From assembly GCA_043756885.1 (NCBI GenBank), contig JAYUQF010000027.1:1-48110 (forward strand): DNA of 48,110 nucleotides, given 5' to 3'. This DNA comes from Pseudomonadota bacterium (GTDB taxonomy: Bacteria > Pseudomonadota > Gammaproteobacteria > Ga0077536). Shown in pieces: positions 46,410 through 48,110 of this stretch. The position numbers were made by a program, and so were the translations under genes. Numbering within the stretch: position 1 is the stretch's first letter; each line of letters begins with the position of its first letter. Below the pieces are notes generated by a model that saw only the letters and a program-made list of their open reading frames with translations, did no database searches and was not told the DNA's origin.

Positions 46410-48110
46410 ATGGCATGGCAACGTAAAATTCTGCGCGTCGATCTCTCCGCCGGCACTTGCAAGCCTGAGCCGCTCAATATGGATTGGGCGCATAAGTACA
46501 TCGGGCAACGGGGTTTGGCGACCAAGTACCTGTGTGAGGAAATCGACGCCAAGGTCGATGCCCTGTCACCCGGCAATAAGCTCATTATGGCGACGGGGCC
46601 GCTAACCGGCACCATGGCCGCCACGGGTGGCCGTTATTCTGTGATCACAAAGAGCCCGCTGACGGGTGCCATCGCCTGTTCCAACTCGGGTGGCTATCTC
46701 GGCGCAGAAATGAAGCTTGCCGGCTGGGACATGATCATTTTCGAAGGTAAGGCGCCCAAACCGGTTTACCTGCTGCTGGAAAACGATCGCGCCGAGCTGT
46801 GCTCGGCGCAGGCCCTGTGGGGCAAGTCAGTATGGGAAACCGACGATATTATTCATACCACCCATCAGGACCCGCTGCTGCGTGTCGCCTGTGTAGGTCG
46901 TTCCGCTGAAGCAGGCTGCCTCTATGCCGGTGTTGTGAATGACAAACACCGTGCTGCCGGCCGTTCCGGGGTCGGCACAGTGATGGCTTCCAAAAACCTC
47001 AAGGCCGTCGCAATCCGTGGCACCCAGGGCGTGGGTGGCGTGCGTGACTTCAAGGCCTTCATGCACGCCACGAGTGTTGGCAAAAAAGTCCTGAAAGACA
47101 ATGCAGTGACCGGCATCGGCCTGCCGACCATGGGCACGCAAGTACTCATGAATGTGATCAACGAGGTTGGCGCCATGCCGACGCGCAATATGCGCGAGGT
47201 GCAGTTCGAAGGCGCCTCCAAGATCTCCGCTGAGGCGATGCTTGAGCCGCGCGAAAGCGACGGTAAACCCAATCTGGTGACAAACGCTGCTTGTTTTGGT
47301 TGCACGATCGCCTGTGGCCGTATCTCTACTATCGATCCCCAGCATTACACGATCAGCAATAAGCCCGAATACATGGGCGCGTCGGGCGGCCTCGAGTACG
47401 AGGCTGCGTGGGCGCTGGGCTGTGCTACGGGCGTTGATGATCTGGATGCACTTACCTACGCCAATTTCATTTGCAACGAAGACGGTTTTGACCCCATCTC
47501 GTTCGGGTCAACCGTAGCGGCCGCGATGGAATTGTTCGATCTCGGCGTTATCACGACCAAAGATACCGGCGGAGTGGAATTGCGTTTTGGCTCTGCGGAA
47601 GCCCTGACCAAAGCGGCCGAACTGGTCGCGACTGGCACGGGTTTTGGTAAGGAGCTGGGCATAGGTTCCAAGCGTCTGACGGCCAAGTATGGTCACCCCG
47701 AGTTATCGATGACGGTCAAGGGCCAGGAGTTTCCGGCTTATGATCCGCGTGGCATTCAGGGCATGGGCCTGACCTACGCAACGTCCAATCGCGGCGCCTG
47801 CCATCTGCGCAGTTATACGGTGTCATCAGAAATCATGGGCGTGCCGGTCAAGACCGACCCACTCACCACTGAGGGCAAGCCCGAGCTGGTGAAAGCTTTC
47901 CAGGACGCGACGGCGGCTGTCGATTCGACCGGGCTATGTGTGTTTACCACCTTTGCGTGGACCCTGGCCGACATTGCTCCTCAGGTTGATGCTGCCTGCG
48001 AAGGTGGTTGGACGCCGGAGTCTATGTTGGAAGCCGGTGAACGCATCTGGAATCTCGAACGTCAGTTTAATCTGGACGCGGGCCTGACGGCGGCCGACGA
48101 CACCTTGCCC
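46410..48110 (+). CDS. Tungsten-type aldehyde:ferredoxin oxidoreductase catalytic subunit; the 3' end lies outside the window
   Basis: This ORF is not in the supplied track because it has no stop inside the window. It is open for 567 codons from the ATG at 46410. It aligns by eye with P. furiosus AOR. Shared segments include ILRVDLS, GGRGLATKYL, LSPGNKLIMATGPLTGT.A.TGGRY.V.TKSPLTG and ND.HRAAGR.GVG.VM.SKNLKA.A. Further matches are the Fe-S Cys motif C..C.I.CGR, GHPELSMTVKG.E.PAYDPRG, TSNRGACH, the Fe-S Cys in DS.GLC.FTTF, ERIWNLER.FNL.AGL and DDTLP. Confidence 0.93.
   Translation, partial: MAWQRKILRVDLSAGTCKPEPLNMDWAHKYIGQRGLATKYLCEEIDAKVDALSPGNKLIMATGPLTGTMAATGGRYSVITKSPLTGAIACSNSGGYLGAEMKLAGWDMIIFEGKAPKPVYLLLENDRAELCSAQALWGKSVWETDDIIHTTHQDPLLRVACVGRSAEAGCLYAGVVNDKHRAAGRSGVGTVMASKNLKAVAIRGTQGVGGVRDFKAFMHATSVGKKVLKDNAVTGIGLPTMGTQVLMNVINEVGAMPTRNMREVQFEGASKISAEAMLEPRESDGKPNLVTNAACFGCTIACGRISTIDPQHYTISNKPEYMGASGGLEYEAAWALGCATGVDDLDALTYANFICNEDGFDPISFGSTVAAAMELFDLGVITTKDTGGVELRFGSAEALTKAAELVATGTGFGKELGIGSKRLTAKYGHPELSMTVKGQEFPAYDPRGIQGMGLTYATSNRGACHLRSYTVSSEIMGVPVKTDPLTTEGKPELVKAFQDATAAVDSTGLCVFTTFAWTLADIAPQVDAACEGGWTPESMLEAGERIWNLERQFNLDAGLTAADDTLP

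Noticed and set aside
1-48110. A search for CRISPR repeats, IS elements/transposases, integrases, phage genes, toxin-antitoxin pairs, and rRNA or tRNA genes.
   Set aside because: I noticed no regularly spaced direct repeats, no DDE/tyrosine-recombinase-like ORFs and no RNA gene signatures. The only repeat structure of note is the palindromic element at 35884-36042.

Overview
The window is a high-GC chromosomal segment from a Gram-negative bacterium. Gene content and order (including a MutH gene) point to a gammaproteobacterium. Most of it is core housekeeping.

Layout by region:
- 1-7.0 kb: the 3' part of a large TPR protein (PrsT-like), a DUF3108 gene, and the LPS inner-core genes hldE-hldD-waaA.
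- 7.0-12.7 kb, minus strand: isochorismatase-family gene, tolC, rhodanese, pcm-like methyltransferase, dusA, mutH and map.
- 12.8-32.5 kb, plus strand: the conserved block rpsB-tsf-pyrH-frr-uppS-cdsA-dxr-rseP-bamA-skp-fabZ-lpxA-lpxB-rnhB-dnaE-accA-tilS. All members are intact, but lpxD is missing from its usual place between skp and fabZ.
- 32.5-48.1 kb: the less conserved part. It holds a minus-strand operon (L,D-transpeptidase, DUF302, a 2-TM protein, and a vWA/TM/FHA protein), a palindromic intergenic element, cytochrome b561, a sigma-54-type two-component pair, ndh, and DUF1244. These are followed by a kinase/LuxR-regulator pair, a beta-propeller gene, a periplasmic binding-protein gene and a tungsten-type aldehyde:ferredoxin oxidoreductase locus.
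- The AOR catalytic gene runs off the 3' end of the window, so it is absent from the supplied ORF track.

I found no rRNA, tRNA, CRISPR array, transposase, integrase or recognisable defence genes. All family assignments come from reading motifs in the translations, not from database searches. Start codons are often uncertain; stop positions are reliable.
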